NCBI GenBank assembly: GCA_963632775.1 | Contig: CAVGUW010000006.1 | Coordinates: 1-63,990 of the forward strand | Reading direction: 5' to 3' | Source: Bacteroides salyersiae | GTDB taxonomy: Archaea > Thermoplasmatota > Thermoplasmata > Methanomassiliicoccales > Methanomethylophilaceae | DNA length: 63,990 nt | Part shown: positions 7,947-17,692 of the stretch, piece after piece | Layout of the letters: the number at the start of each line of letters is the position of its first letter | How positions within the stretch are numbered: the first letter of the stretch is position 1 | The notes under the pieces: model-generated | The model's input: the letters and a program-made list of their open reading frames with translations, nothing else | What the model was told of the DNA's origin: nothing | Databases searched by the model: none | Translations under genes and position numbers: made by a program

Positions 7947-9144
7947 CGAAGGTGTCCACGATCTTCCTGAGAGCATCAGTGAAACGTTCGATGTCCCTAT
8001 CGTCGTTGTAAAGGTACACGGATGCGCGGGCGGTACCGTCTATCTCCCTCGATACGAGGAACGGATGTGCGCAATGCATGCCCGATCTTATCATGATGCC
8101 GTCCATATTGTCCAACATCATCGCTATATCATGAGAATTCAGACCATCGACGTTGAACGAGAACACACCGCCTCTCTTCCTGGGATCCTCGGGACCTATG
8201 ATACGGAGGCCTTCGATATCCTTGACGTTCCTCTGTATCAGTTCCTGCAGATGATGCTCATGTTCGGCGATGTTCTCCATACCAATATTCGAGAGATAAT
8301 CCAACGCCGCGGATGCCCCGATTATGCCGGAATAGTTCTCGAGCCCTGCCTCGAACTTCTCCGGTGCGGGCGAGATCTTGACAGAATCGTATGTCGTGAG
8401 CCCTACGATACCTCCGCCGTACATCAACGGCTTCAGTTCCTTGAGACGCTCCTCCTTACCATACATGAAACCCACTCCCGTGGGTGCGAGCATCTTATGC
8501 AACGATGCGCAGAAGAAATCCACATCCAGATCCTTCAGGTCCACAGGCATGTGGGGTGATGACTGCGCACCATCGATGGCGACGGCCGCTCCCATGTCGT
8601 GAGCGATCTCCGTTATCTCCTTCACGGGTATGGTGCAACCGGTGACGTTGCTGGTCTGGCCCATGGACACCAATCTCACATCGTGCCCGATGACCTTCTT
8701 GAACTCCTCGATGTCGAACTCACCGTCCACGGATGTCCTGCAATATCTCCTCTTTATCCCGACATCGCTCTCCATGGCCAACCATTCCACATGGTTGGAG
8801 TTGTGCTCCACATCCAATGTGACCACGACATCCCCTCTCTTCAGACCGAATCCGCGTGCGACGGTGTTCATGCCTTCGGTGGTGTTCTTGGTGAACACGA
8901 ACTCGTTGGGATCGTCACATCCGAAGAATGCGGCAAGCTTCTCACGTGTCTCGTCGACCTCCATGGACACGCGCGTACCCATGGAATGGACGCTCCTCCC
9001 TCCGCATGCAGGATACTGTTCATAATATTCCACGACCTTCTCGATCACACAATCGGGCTTCAGACTCTGACACGCACTGTCGAGATAGACACCTTTGCCG
9101 TTGCGGATGGTCGGGAAGTCCTGCCTTATAGAAGATACATCCAT
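7939..9144 (-). CDS. cysteine desulfurase (class V aminotransferase, SufS/NifS-like)
   Basis: The protein is 401 aa. A PLP-lysine motif (SLHKMLAPTGVGFMYGK) is present. The N-terminus DFPTIRNGKGVYLDSACQSLKP is typical of the family. Confidence 0.85.
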   Translation of the reverse strand: MDVSSIRQDFPTIRNGKGVYLDSACQSLKPDCVIEKVVEYYEQYPACGGRSVHSMGTRVSMEVDETREKLAAFFGCDDPNEFVFTKNTTEGMNTVARGFGLKRGDVVVTLDVEHNSNHVEWLAMESDVGIKRRYCRTSVDGEFDIEEFKKVIGHDVRLVSMGQTSNVTGCTIPVKEITEIAHDMGAAVAIDGAQSSPHMPVDLKDLDVDFFCASLHKMLAPTGVGFMYGKEERLKELKPLMYGGGIVGLTTYDSVKISPAPEKFEAGLENYSGIIGASAALDYLSNIGMENIAEHEHHLQELIQRNVKDIEGLRIIGPEDPRKRGGVFSFNVDGLNSHDIAMMLDNMDGIMIRSGMHCAHPFLVSREIDGTARASVYLYNDDRDIERFTDALRKIVDTFAK

Positions 9145-9228
9145 GCCCTTTGGAATGGACTGCTTTTATTTATAGTAGATAACTGCGCCCTGTGCGGATG
9201 AGACCGTCCATTCCGTGTATCGCTATGA

Positions 9229-10317
9229 TCAGATGGAACCTGTCCTCTCCAGATAATCCAGGTCGAGATCGACGGTCGTACCGTCGGGCCTCAATATGCG
9301 CTTGTATCCGTTGGAGTACATCGTGCGTCTGCACCATCCGAGCGTATGCCCCACACCGACCTCGGAATCCCTTACCGTATCCCTCGGATTACCGGCATAT
9401 TCCGCGTATATCTTGTTCCCGCCACTCGAATAACCGAAATCCCACCTGTTCAATATGGAGTTGAAATTGTACCATGTGGATAACAGGGATAGCGTTGCGG
9501 ATATCTGGCCTATGCGCCTGTCCGATAATGATGGCATATCTCCCATCAACGTACCTTTGACGGGTACGCGCATACCGACGCCTCCGTTCAGGCATCCCGC
9601 ATATATCCCTTCCATGTAATTGGCGACTATCTCCTTCACCGTATGTTCCGGACCTATGGGTTCGGTACCGCACGATACGACGATACCGGCATCCATCAGA
9701 TTGCGCCACGTCCTCTTGCGTGCCTCGGGATCGATGTTGTTGTCCTTACCCTCACCCATCCTGAGTGCGTGATATGCCCCGACGACACCCGCCTTCCTCA
9801 GCTCCACACACTGGTCGTATGTCAGATCCCCGGTGTTGATGGTGATCCTCGCCCCTTCCGGCATCTCGCCCTTCACCGTACGTACGGATCTCAATATATC
9901 GTCCATGTCCGCATCGTGGATCGTCAACAGCGATACGTTGCAGACATCGCCGAATGCCATGGCGTTACGGACATATCCCCTCAGGACGTCCTGATCCATG
10001 ACACGATATCCGGCATCCGTCGTAGCACCGTTGAAGTTACAGAAACCGCAACCTCCCGGGCACGGACCCGTGATTATACCGATCTGTATGCCTATCTCGC
10101 ACGTATCGTCACAACATGAGCGCATGAATCTGTTCCATGAGGATATCATCAATGATGATTCCAACGAATCCTCGTCGAATGACAATGCATAGGCCATGTC
10201 ATCCTCGGTCGTACGTTCCCTGCGAAGTCCCTTACGGATGAGGGAGAGAAGACGCTTATCCACACACATGTCGCCCATGCATCCAGAGATACATCGGAGG
10301 ATGATAAACCATTTCAT
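9229..10317 (-). CDS. radical SAM protein, BioB/PylB/HydE-like family
   Basis: The motif CPGGCGFC (CxxxCxxC) is present. A downstream region resembles biotin synthase. The true start is probably an internal Met. Confidence 0.5.
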   Translation of the reverse strand: MKWFIILRCISGCMGDMCVDKRLLSLIRKGLRRERTTEDDMAYALSFDEDSLESSLMISSWNRFMRSCCDDTCEIGIQIGIITGPCPGGCGFCNFNGATTDAGYRVMDQDVLRGYVRNAMAFGDVCNVSLLTIHDADMDDILRSVRTVKGEMPEGARITINTGDLTYDQCVELRKAGVVGAYHALRMGEGKDNNIDPEARKRTWRNLMDAGIVVSCGTEPIGPEHTVKEIVANYMEGIYAGCLNGGVGMRVPVKGTLMGDMPSLSDRRIGQISATLSLLSTWYNFNSILNRWDFGYSSGGNKIYAEYAGNPRDTVRDSEVGVGHTLGWCRRTMYSNGYKRILRPDGTTVDLDLDYLERTGSI

Positions 10318-10355
10318 CGGAAAATCTAATAATCGACCGATGCCATCGACGTCGC

Positions 10356-10850
10356 ATGTCCGAGCAGAAGACCAATGCGATGCGCATACTCGATCAGAAG
10401 AAGGTCCCGTACGAGGTCCTCACCTACGACCCGGGGAACTTCGTGAGCAGCATCGAGGTGTCCAAGAAGCTCGACGTGGACATCAATGCGATGTTCAAGA
10501 CGCTCATCGCCCAGGGGAAGAGCGAGAGATACTACGCATTCGTCATACCGGGGAACAGGGAATTGGACATGAAGAAGGCCGCGAGATCGGTCGGTGAGAA
10601 ATCCATCGACCTCATCCCCGTGAAGGACATCAACAGATTGACGGGATACGTCAGGGGCGGTTGCAGTCCCCTCGGCATCAAGAGACAATGCAGGGTCGTC
10701 ATAGATGCGACGTGTACCTCCTTCGACAGGATGTATGTCAGCGGAGGGAGATTGGGGTGTACGTTATGCCTGTCCCCGCAGGATCTTGTGGATGCATCCA
10801 ACGCGTCCACGGAGGATATAACACTCGACAACGTTGTGATAACCGAATGA
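10356..10850 (+). CDS. ybaK: Cys-tRNA(Pro)/Cys-tRNA(Cys) deacylase YbaK
   Basis: The protein is 164 aa. The motif GGCSPLG and overall YbaK/EbsC-like similarity support the call. Confidence 0.7.
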   Translation: MSEQKTNAMRILDQKKVPYEVLTYDPGNFVSSIEVSKKLDVDINAMFKTLIAQGKSERYYAFVIPGNRELDMKKAARSVGEKSIDLIPVKDINRLTGYVRGGCSPLGIKRQCRVVIDATCTSFDRMYVSGGRLGCTLCLSPQDLVDASNASTEDITLDNVVITE

Positions 10851-10872
10851 TTTTTTAACGGATTGTTACAAT

Positions 10873-11787
10873 GTGGAGATTATGAGTTCCCTATATACCA
10901 GGATAGGCGACCTCGAACTCGAGAATCCGGGTATTCTCGCATCGGGGATAATGGATGAGACAGGAGAATCCATGGCCAGGGTCCTGAGGTCAGGCGCAGG
11001 TGCGGTCGTATCGAAATCCATCGGCATGAATGCCAATCCGGGACATGCCAACCCGAACTTCATAGAGGTCACATCCGGCTGTATCAACGCCATGGGACTT
11101 CCGAATCCCGGTATCGATGCGTTCGGTGACGAGATCCGTATCGCTGCGGAGGCAGGGAAGGTCATAGGTTCCATATACGGTGCGACACCCGATGAGTTCG
11201 CGACATTGGCAGGGAAGATGGAGGATTACGGAGCATGTGCCGTCGAGCTCAATCTGTCATGTCCTCATGCGAAGGGATACGGTATCGAGGTAGGTACGGA
11301 TCCGATGATGGTCAAGAGCATCGTCAATGCCGTCAAGTCCGCCGTGAACATACCCGTGTGGGCGAAGCTCACACCGAACACGCACATCCTCCCCGAGATC
11401 GGAAGGGCCGTGGAGGACGGCGGAGGGGATGCCATAGTCGCCATCAACACGCTGAAAGCGATAAGGATCATTCCCGAATTCAGGTGTCCTGTCCTGAGCA
11501 ATAAGGTAGGGGGATTGTCAGGTAGTGCGATCAAACCGATCGGCGTACGTGCCGTGTGGGACCTGTACAACGCTGTATCCATCCCGATCGTTGGAGTAGG
11601 TGGGATATCGAACTACAAGGATGCACTCGAATACATCATGGCGGGTGCATGCGCCTTCCAGATCGGAACGGCGATAATGAACGACGGACCGAACCTCTTC
11701 AGCTCCATCAACAGGGGATTGAACAAATTCATGAAACGCTACGGTTACCGTTCCGTAGAGAGCATGGTAGGTGTAGCACATGAGTGA
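10873..11787 (+). CDS. pyrD: dihydroorotate dehydrogenase catalytic subunit (class 1B)
   Basis: The segment NPGILASGIMDETGESM..GAVVSKSIG is present. The length is 304 aa. The gene is followed by pyrK. Confidence 0.85.
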   Translation: MEIMSSLYTRIGDLELENPGILASGIMDETGESMARVLRSGAGAVVSKSIGMNANPGHANPNFIEVTSGCINAMGLPNPGIDAFGDEIRIAAEAGKVIGSIYGATPDEFATLAGKMEDYGACAVELNLSCPHAKGYGIEVGTDPMMVKSIVNAVKSAVNIPVWAKLTPNTHILPEIGRAVEDGGGDAIVAINTLKAIRIIPEFRCPVLSNKVGGLSGSAIKPIGVRAVWDLYNAVSIPIVGVGGISNYKDALEYIMAGACAFQIGTAIMNDGPNLFSSINRGLNKFMKRYGYRSVESMVGVAHE

Positions 11788-12559
11788 TATCATCATGATC
11801 AAGGACTGCAAGAAGATCAACTCCAACACCAGGAGGATATCCTTCGAATGGAACGCAGAGACGAGACCGGGTCAGTTCGTCATGGTGTGGGCACCCGGGA
11901 TGGAGGAGATACCTCTGTCATTGTCGGGGACCAAACAGGAGAAATCCATCACGTTCAAGATCATCGGTAAGGACACCGAGAGACTCGCACAGCTCGGAAG
12001 CGGGGACAGGATGCAGATCAGGGGGCCCTACGGTAACGGATACAAGTTCGATCAGAACGATAAGAAGAAGATACTCATCGTCGGCGGTGGGATCGGTATC
12101 GCACCGCTCATACCCTTGATGAAGGCAAGGTCCGCCGATGTCGTCATCGCGGGAAGGACCGCCGAGGAGGTGGAACCTTATGTTCCCACGGTGAAGAACT
12201 TCTCCATGAGGCATTGGGAGTGCACCGATGACGGTACCTACGGCGAACAGTGCAATGCGGTGGATATGGTCAAACGCATCATGAAGGATGAGCAATACGA
12301 TGAGATCGTGGCATGCGGACCCGAGATAATGTTGGTGTTCCTGCACCAATATCTCAACAAGATCCATGTGGAGCATCAGATGTCGTTGGAGAGGCACATG
12401 AAATGCGGATGCGGATTGTGCGGTTCATGTATGATCAACGACAAACGCGTGTGCAAGGACGGACCCGTGTTCAACAACTACGAGATCGATAAGATGCCCG
12501 AGTTCGGTCTTTCGAAGAGGGATATCGACGGTTCGATCATAATCTTCGGTAAGAGATGA
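11780..12559 (+). CDS. pyrK: dihydroorotate dehydrogenase electron transfer subunit
   Basis: An FAD/NAD-binding fold is followed by a C-terminal 2Fe-2S Cys cluster (CGCGLCGSC). The gene overlaps pyrD. Confidence 0.8.
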   Translation: MSDIIMIKDCKKINSNTRRISFEWNAETRPGQFVMVWAPGMEEIPLSLSGTKQEKSITFKIIGKDTERLAQLGSGDRMQIRGPYGNGYKFDQNDKKKILIVGGGIGIAPLIPLMKARSADVVIAGRTAEEVEPYVPTVKNFSMRHWECTDDGTYGEQCNAVDMVKRIMKDEQYDEIVACGPEIMLVFLHQYLNKIHVEHQMSLERHMKCGCGLCGSCMINDKRVCKDGPVFNNYEIDKMPEFGLSKRDIDGSIIIFGKR

Positions 12560-12978
12560 CAGAGACACCGTATCACATAACCGTACAGCACGGAAGCATG
12601 CTCATCAATGTTCCAAGGAACATATTCCACGGACCCGATTGCGAGTTCGTGGATGATAAGGTCAAGGAATTCAGGAGGATAATGTCCGGAAGATATCCTT
12701 GGCTGACCGATAACGCCCTGGATGTGATACTCAGGAATGCGAGGAAGGAGATGCTGCGTATCCTCGACGAGGAGACCGGCGGACGTTCTGCGAGCAAGAG
12801 CATGGCATCGAAGGGGAAGACGGATTCCGCGATCAATCATCTCAAGAGATATCTGGAGAGGAATCCGGACGATGCCGATTCCTGGTACACACTGGGCGAA
12901 CTGTTATGCAAGTCCGGTAATGTGGAGGAAGGTTACAGGGCGATGAACAAGGGGCGCTCACTCATCGAGAAGAAGTGA
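12556..12978 (+). CDS. hypothetical protein with a TPR-like C-terminus
   Basis: The 140-aa ORF overlaps the pyrK stop and is co-directional with it. No motif was recognised. Confidence 0.35.
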   Translation: MTETPYHITVQHGSMLINVPRNIFHGPDCEFVDDKVKEFRRIMSGRYPWLTDNALDVILRNARKEMLRILDEETGGRSASKSMASKGKTDSAINHLKRYLERNPDDADSWYTLGELLCKSGNVEEGYRAMNKGRSLIEKK

Positions 12979-13791
12979 GTTTATCGCATCTATCACTTCG
13001 GGTATGGTCGCACCCCACGGGACCTTGACCACATCCCCTTCGATGACGTGACCCTCCTTGACCTTACAGCATTTCACTATGCATTTCCCCTTACCGTCCG
13101 TGAAATCCGCGGGACAGACGTTGATGAACGGTACATCCCGACCGTACAACGATGTGAATATCCTTTGAGAGAGATGACATCCTATCAATGTGACGTCATG
13201 CTCCAGCCTCGGTGCCTCGTCAAGGAAATAATATGGTCTCTCGGATGACAGTCCGGATACCTTGCATGGGAACATGACGGCCTCCGTCCTGACCATGGGC
13301 TCCATCTTCGCCATATCGATGTCCTCCTTCTCGACGATCACCGGCAGATCGATTAGATCCGTACCCAATGCCTTATCCACCAGCACACCCAACTTCGACG
13401 GTGATGGAGGGACGTTATCGATCACCCTCAATCTCAACGGCACTATGTCCTTGATGAACACGACATGGGAGAACATCCCCCTTATGACCACTGCCTTACC
13501 AGGATGTGCGACCTGTATGGATGCCAATGTGGGCATGTTGAGGACATCTATCGACGGATCATCGACGAAATCCGTCTCCTCCGGGAGCGACAATATCTCG
13601 TAACCCTTGACCTTCGAGAACAGTCCCGTTCCGGGTTCCTTCTCTATATGCAATGTGGCATGATCGTCACCGTTCTTCAGGACGATGAACTCCGCACGCT
13701 TGTATGCCATCCAATCCTTCATCAGGATGTCGATGTTCTCCTTCGTCAATTTCACATCGACCTCGCGGACGGACACATCCTTGCAGTGCAT
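12958..13791 (-). CDS. hypothetical protein
   Basis: The 277-aa ORF shows coding-like codon usage. It has a Cys-rich C-terminus (CPADFTDGKGKCIVKCCK). No family was recognised. Confidence 0.4.
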   Translation of the reverse strand: MHCKDVSVREVDVKLTKENIDILMKDWMAYKRAEFIVLKNGDDHATLHIEKEPGTGLFSKVKGYEILSLPEETDFVDDPSIDVLNMPTLASIQVAHPGKAVVIRGMFSHVVFIKDIVPLRLRVIDNVPPSPSKLGVLVDKALGTDLIDLPVIVEKEDIDMAKMEPMVRTEAVMFPCKVSGLSSERPYYFLDEAPRLEHDVTLIGCHLSQRIFTSLYGRDVPFINVCPADFTDGKGKCIVKCCKVKEGHVIEGDVVKVPWGATIPEVIDAINSLLLDE

Positions 13792-13890
13792 GTCCGAGAC
13801 ATATCCGAGTACGATATATAATCTGAATCCAGGACAAGATGTTGCTTTAACACCGGTGGCCGGGGCCGGTTGTCAATCGTCCCAATGCTT

Positions 13891-13898
13891 TTTATATG
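13891..13898 (+). promoter_or_regulatory. TATA box for tRNA-Cys
   Basis: TTTATATA is centred about 31 nt upstream of the tRNA 5' end. Confidence 0.45.
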
Positions 13899-13925
13899 AA
13901 GATTTAATAGCCTGACTACCGCAAT

Positions 13926-13999
13926 GTGGGAGTAGCACAGCGGCCATGCAGGGGACTGCAGATCCTCAGATGGGGGTTCAACTCCCTCCTCCCACTCCA
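13926..13999 (+). tRNA. tRNA-Cys (anticodon GCA)
   Basis: The cloverleaf was folded by hand. The acceptor stem is GTGGGAG/CTCCCAC. The anticodon stem is GGGGA/TCCTC with loop CTGCAGA, placing GCA at loop positions 3-5 after U33. The T arm is GGGGG-TTCAACT-CCCTC. The discriminator is U and CCA is encoded. Confidence 0.8.
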
Positions 14000-14104
14000 T
14001 ACAACTCTATTCTCCGTACCCATTCTCATGAGACGACACTATCGTCAGAACGATGTGTATGTAGTGAAGATCCGATCGAACGATGATCGTAGAAAATTAA
14101 AGAT

Positions 14105-14124
14105 GGATGGGGTCGCCCCCATCC
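14105..14124 (-). terminator. hairpin plus U-tract 3' of the substrate-binding protein gene
   Basis: GGATGGGG-TCGC-CCCCATCC lies 5 nt after the stop codon. The minus-strand downstream sequence is CTTTAATTTTCT. Confidence 0.45.
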
Positions 14125-14128
14125 GTTA

Positions 14129-15247
14129 TCAAGCCTTCGTCTCCGGGATCTCGTCACGGATCGTCTTGTAAGCGTTGATCGTGTCAGCGATAGGACATGA
14201 GCTCTTGAACGTCTCAGCGGTCATACCGTCGAATCCGTTCAACTGAGCCGTGAGTGCCCATGCGTCGAAGAGTGCTCCGTTGATGTTCTTCCAGCAGACC
14301 TCGATGGGTGCGCCCTCGAGTGCATCCCTGATCGTCGCCTCATCCTTGACACTGCTCTTCTCCTGACAGATCTTCACAGCCTCATCCATGTTCTCATTGA
14401 TCCACACGTTCGCTTTGTATGTGGCCTCTACGAACTTCTCCATCCTCTCGGGGTTGGCATTGTAGTTGTCCATCGTCGTACAGAGGATCGATCCGCTGGG
14501 CTCTCCGAGGACCTTACAGTCTCCCCAGATGTATGCTCCCTTGACCTTCTCGATCGCATTCGTCGGGATGGGGTTGCTTCCTCCGAGCATGTCGATGGAA
14601 CCTGAACCGAGTGCTGTGATAGCATCTCCACCGGTCTCGAAGATGTTGATCTGGATCTTCTCCGTCGTGTTCTCATCCTGGGAATATTTGATACCGTAGT
14701 AATTACACCATTTCATGAATGTCGTGAGTGTGGTGGATCCGTATACGAGTCCCATCTTGAGCGTTCCGTCGTATGCCTTGATGGCTGCAGCTGCCGCGTC
14801 CGCCTCCGCATCGGTGGCAGACTTACCTGCGATGGGTTCCAATTTAACAGGGCATGACTCTGTCGTGACCCATTTGTGTCCGGCAGATGCCTTCGTGGTC
14901 TCCGCATACATACAGAGTCCTACGAATTTATCCGATCCTTTGCTCGCAAGTGTGTTGACATAGGGTGCATCTCCCGTCGCTGCGACGGTGGCATTTCCAC
15001 TCAGGACCGCATTCACTGCATCCTGTCCGCTTCCTCCGACGATGACAGGTTCCACCTTGAAACCGAGGTCGTCGTAGAATCCCTGATCGAATGCCACGTG
15101 GAATGTGTAGTATCCTTTCGCGAGATATGCTACCTTGAACGTATCCTCATTGCTCTTATTGTTCTCTTTCCAAATGAGGACCCCTGCGACTGCAGCGATA
15201 ACTACGATCGCCACTGCAAAGATCGCTCCCATCTTCTTAGAATCCAT
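14129..15247 (-). CDS. ABC transporter substrate-binding protein, NitT/TauT family
   Basis: An N-terminal transmembrane anchor is present. The N-lobe (FKVAYLAKGYYTFHVAFDQGFYDDLGFKVEPV) comes before the C-lobe, which is the canonical order. Confidence 0.75.
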   Translation of the reverse strand: MDSKKMGAIFAVAIVVIAAVAGVLIWKENNKSNEDTFKVAYLAKGYYTFHVAFDQGFYDDLGFKVEPVIVGGSGQDAVNAVLSGNATVAATGDAPYVNTLASKGSDKFVGLCMYAETTKASAGHKWVTTESCPVKLEPIAGKSATDAEADAAAAAIKAYDGTLKMGLVYGSTTLTTFMKWCNYYGIKYSQDENTTEKIQINIFETGGDAITALGSGSIDMLGGSNPIPTNAIEKVKGAYIWGDCKVLGEPSGSILCTTMDNYNANPERMEKFVEATYKANVWINENMDEAVKICQEKSSVKDEATIRDALEGAPIEVCWKNINGALFDAWALTAQLNGFDGMTAETFKSSCPIADTINAYKTIRDEIPETKA

Positions 15248-15248
15248 T

Positions 15249-16025
15249 TTACCTAATCTCCTGGCCAGAACTGATCTCAGTCAAGGCCGCACTGATTTCT
15301 TTTTTAAGTTGTATCATTTCGGGCGACTCGGGGTCCCTGGGGTGTTGGATATCGATGTTCCATTCACGGACTATCTTACCCGGGGAATCCGAGAAGAGGA
15401 CGATCCTCGAGGCGATCTGTATCGCCTCCTCTATGATGTGCGTGACGAACACGACCGTCCTGTGCTTCTGTTGCCATAGTTCCACTATCTCGCGATCCAA
15501 CATCAGACGTGTATCCGCATCCAATGCGGAGAACGGCTCATCCATGAGCATGATGTCCGGATCCAATGCGAGCATCCTTGCGATCGCGACCCTCTGCTTC
15601 ATCCCGCCCGAAAGGGTGTTGGGGCGCATATCCGCGAACTTATCCATGCGGACGATCCTCAGGAACTCCATCGCCATCTCATCCTGTTCCTTTTCCGGTA
15701 TGCCTTGGGCCTCGAGTGCGAGCTTCACATTCGACTTCGCACTGAGCCAGGGTAACAGACTGTATTCTTGGAACACGACACCTCTCTCGGGTGACGGTCC
15801 CGTGACCTCCTTCCCGTTGCAGTAGATGTTGCCCAATGTGGGCCTCTCGAATCCAGCAATGAGATTGAGGACTGTGGTCTTCCCGCAACCGGACGGTCCG
15901 ATGAGACACACGAACTCGTTGTCGTCGATCCTCATCGACACATCATCGAGGACGATCCTTGCCTTCGTCTTGTTCCTCTTGACGAAGTATGCTTTTGTGA
16001 CATCCTTCAACTCGATCATGATCAC
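15249..16025 (-). CDS. ABC transporter ATP-binding protein, NitT/TauT family
   Basis: Walker A (GPSGCGKTT), the ABC signature (LSGGMKQRVAIARML) and Walker B (DIMLMDEPFSALD) are present. Confidence 0.85.
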   Translation of the reverse strand: MIMIELKDVTKAYFVKRNKTKARIVLDDVSMRIDDNEFVCLIGPSGCGKTTVLNLIAGFERPTLGNIYCNGKEVTGPSPERGVVFQEYSLLPWLSAKSNVKLALEAQGIPEKEQDEMAMEFLRIVRMDKFADMRPNTLSGGMKQRVAIARMLALDPDIMLMDEPFSALDADTRLMLDREIVELWQQKHRTVVFVTHIIEEAIQIASRIVLFSDSPGKIVREWNIDIQHPRDPESPEMIQLKKEISAALTEISSGQEIR

Positions 16026-16942
16026 ACATCCTCGTCGAGATTCAGTTTGTGTCTGACGTACTTCTCGATACTGACGAAGAATATCTTGTCGATCAGGAGT
16101 CCGATGACACCGATTATCATTATGCAGGCGAACGCTCCGACGTAGTCGAGGACACCACGCAGTTCGGAGATGACGAAACCGACTCCGACACCGGTACCGA
16201 TGATCATCTCTGCCGAGATCAGTACCCTCCAGGCACTCCCCATACCGAGACGGAGTCCGTTGACGGTATCCAACAATGCGAACGGGATGATCACCTTGAA
16301 CAGCTTCATGAAGATGTTCGCACCCATCATATCCGCCGCACGCAGATACACCTCAGGGATACGGCGGATACCTCCCGAAACGTTGATCGTTATTATCACG
16401 AATGATATGAGCCAGATGATGAAGACGGCCGGTGCGTTACCGATACCGAGAAGAAGGATCGCCACAGGGATCCATGCCGCACCCGGGATCATCTGTATGA
16501 TGTTCACGGCCGAGATCGCTATCGGATATATCTGCTTCAAACAACCTAGTATCAATCCGAGCGATATCCCGCAGACGGCGGACAGTGCGAATGCCTCAAG
16601 CCAACGTCCAAGACTCGCCCATACATGTTTCACCAACGGCACTCCGAATATCAACTCCTCCTGTTTGAAGTACTGTACCAACCTCTCAAGACACTCGATC
16701 GGGTACGGAAACTCCAGTAGGGAGCCGTTCACCTCGTTGGCATACCATGCATACACCTGCCATATCACGAGTATTATCGACAATCCGGCGAAGAATACGA
16801 ATATGGATTTCAGGAACTCCCCGGGTCTGGCATTGGGCATCTCGACGAATTCGGAATCGTCCTTCCTGTTGGACATATACCTTGCAATCCTCGAGTCGTG
16901 ATCGCCCACATACCATTCCCGTAGCCTGTTCATATCGGACAT
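16022..16942 (-). CDS. ABC transporter permease, NitT/TauT family
   Basis: The 306-aa protein has the inner-membrane component signature. It overlaps the ATPase gene. Confidence 0.8.
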   Translation of the reverse strand: MSDMNRLREWYVGDHDSRIARYMSNRKDDSEFVEMPNARPGEFLKSIFVFFAGLSIILVIWQVYAWYANEVNGSLLEFPYPIECLERLVQYFKQEELIFGVPLVKHVWASLGRWLEAFALSAVCGISLGLILGCLKQIYPIAISAVNIIQMIPGAAWIPVAILLLGIGNAPAVFIIWLISFVIITINVSGGIRRIPEVYLRAADMMGANIFMKLFKVIIPFALLDTVNGLRLGMGSAWRVLISAEMIIGTGVGVGFVISELRGVLDYVGAFACIMIIGVIGLLIDKIFFVSIEKYVRHKLNLDEDV

Positions 16943-17165
16943 GAGGATGAGGTGGATGTGTTATAATTGTATCGATTATTCTATTTTGAAATAGATTAAA
17001 TTAAATATGTCTATAAGATAGATGCAAAAATGTTACACAAGGGTCCGTGACATGGCTCTCCCGAATCCACGATCCGATACATCTGGCTATTCGATGATAC
17101 CGGACATCGATGGAAGGGAAGATAAACCATGTCGCCATCCCCGAACACGACGAGGTCATCACGAT

Positions 17166-17645
17166 ATGTTATCCGCAGGCAGTAAAGCAGTAGATTTCAC
17201 ACTCGATTCCACCAATGGCGGATTCACACTATCCGAACGCGTCAGGGATTCCCCTGTACTCCTGTATTTCTTCCCGATGATCAACGGTAAGACCTGCGGA
17301 GAGTATCTTGCATTGATGATCGAGAGGTGCGATGAGTTCAAGGACCTCGGAGTAGAGCTCGTTAACATCAACCACGACACCATGGACAATCACCGCGCAT
17401 GGATCGAGCACACGGGATCGCCGTTCGAGGACGTCTCCGATCCGGACCTCGAGGTCTGCAAGGCATACGATGTCACCGTCAGAAGGGCGAAGAGCGATGC
17501 ACTCATCGGGAAGACGAACAGGGCATTCATGCTCGTCGACAAGGATATGACGATAAGATATGCATGGTGCGCCGACATCCCGTCCGAGACGGTACCTATG
17601 GAGACTCTGTTCTCCGAACTCAGGAACGCATTGGACGTTCAGTAA
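17166..17645 (+). CDS. peroxiredoxin-like thiol-disulfide oxidoreductase (AhpC/TSA/redoxin family)
   Basis: A thioredoxin-fold pattern is present with the motif FFPMINGKTCGEY. The start is placed at the internal MLSAGSKAVDFTLD. Confidence 0.55.
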   Translation: MLSAGSKAVDFTLDSTNGGFTLSERVRDSPVLLYFFPMINGKTCGEYLALMIERCDEFKDLGVELVNINHDTMDNHRAWIEHTGSPFEDVSDPDLEVCKAYDVTVRRAKSDALIGKTNRAFMLVDKDMTIRYAWCADIPSETVPMETLFSELRNALDVQ

Positions 17646-17692
17646 AAAGATATGGTGTGGGCCCTCGTTACGGACGAGGGCGACACACCGAT

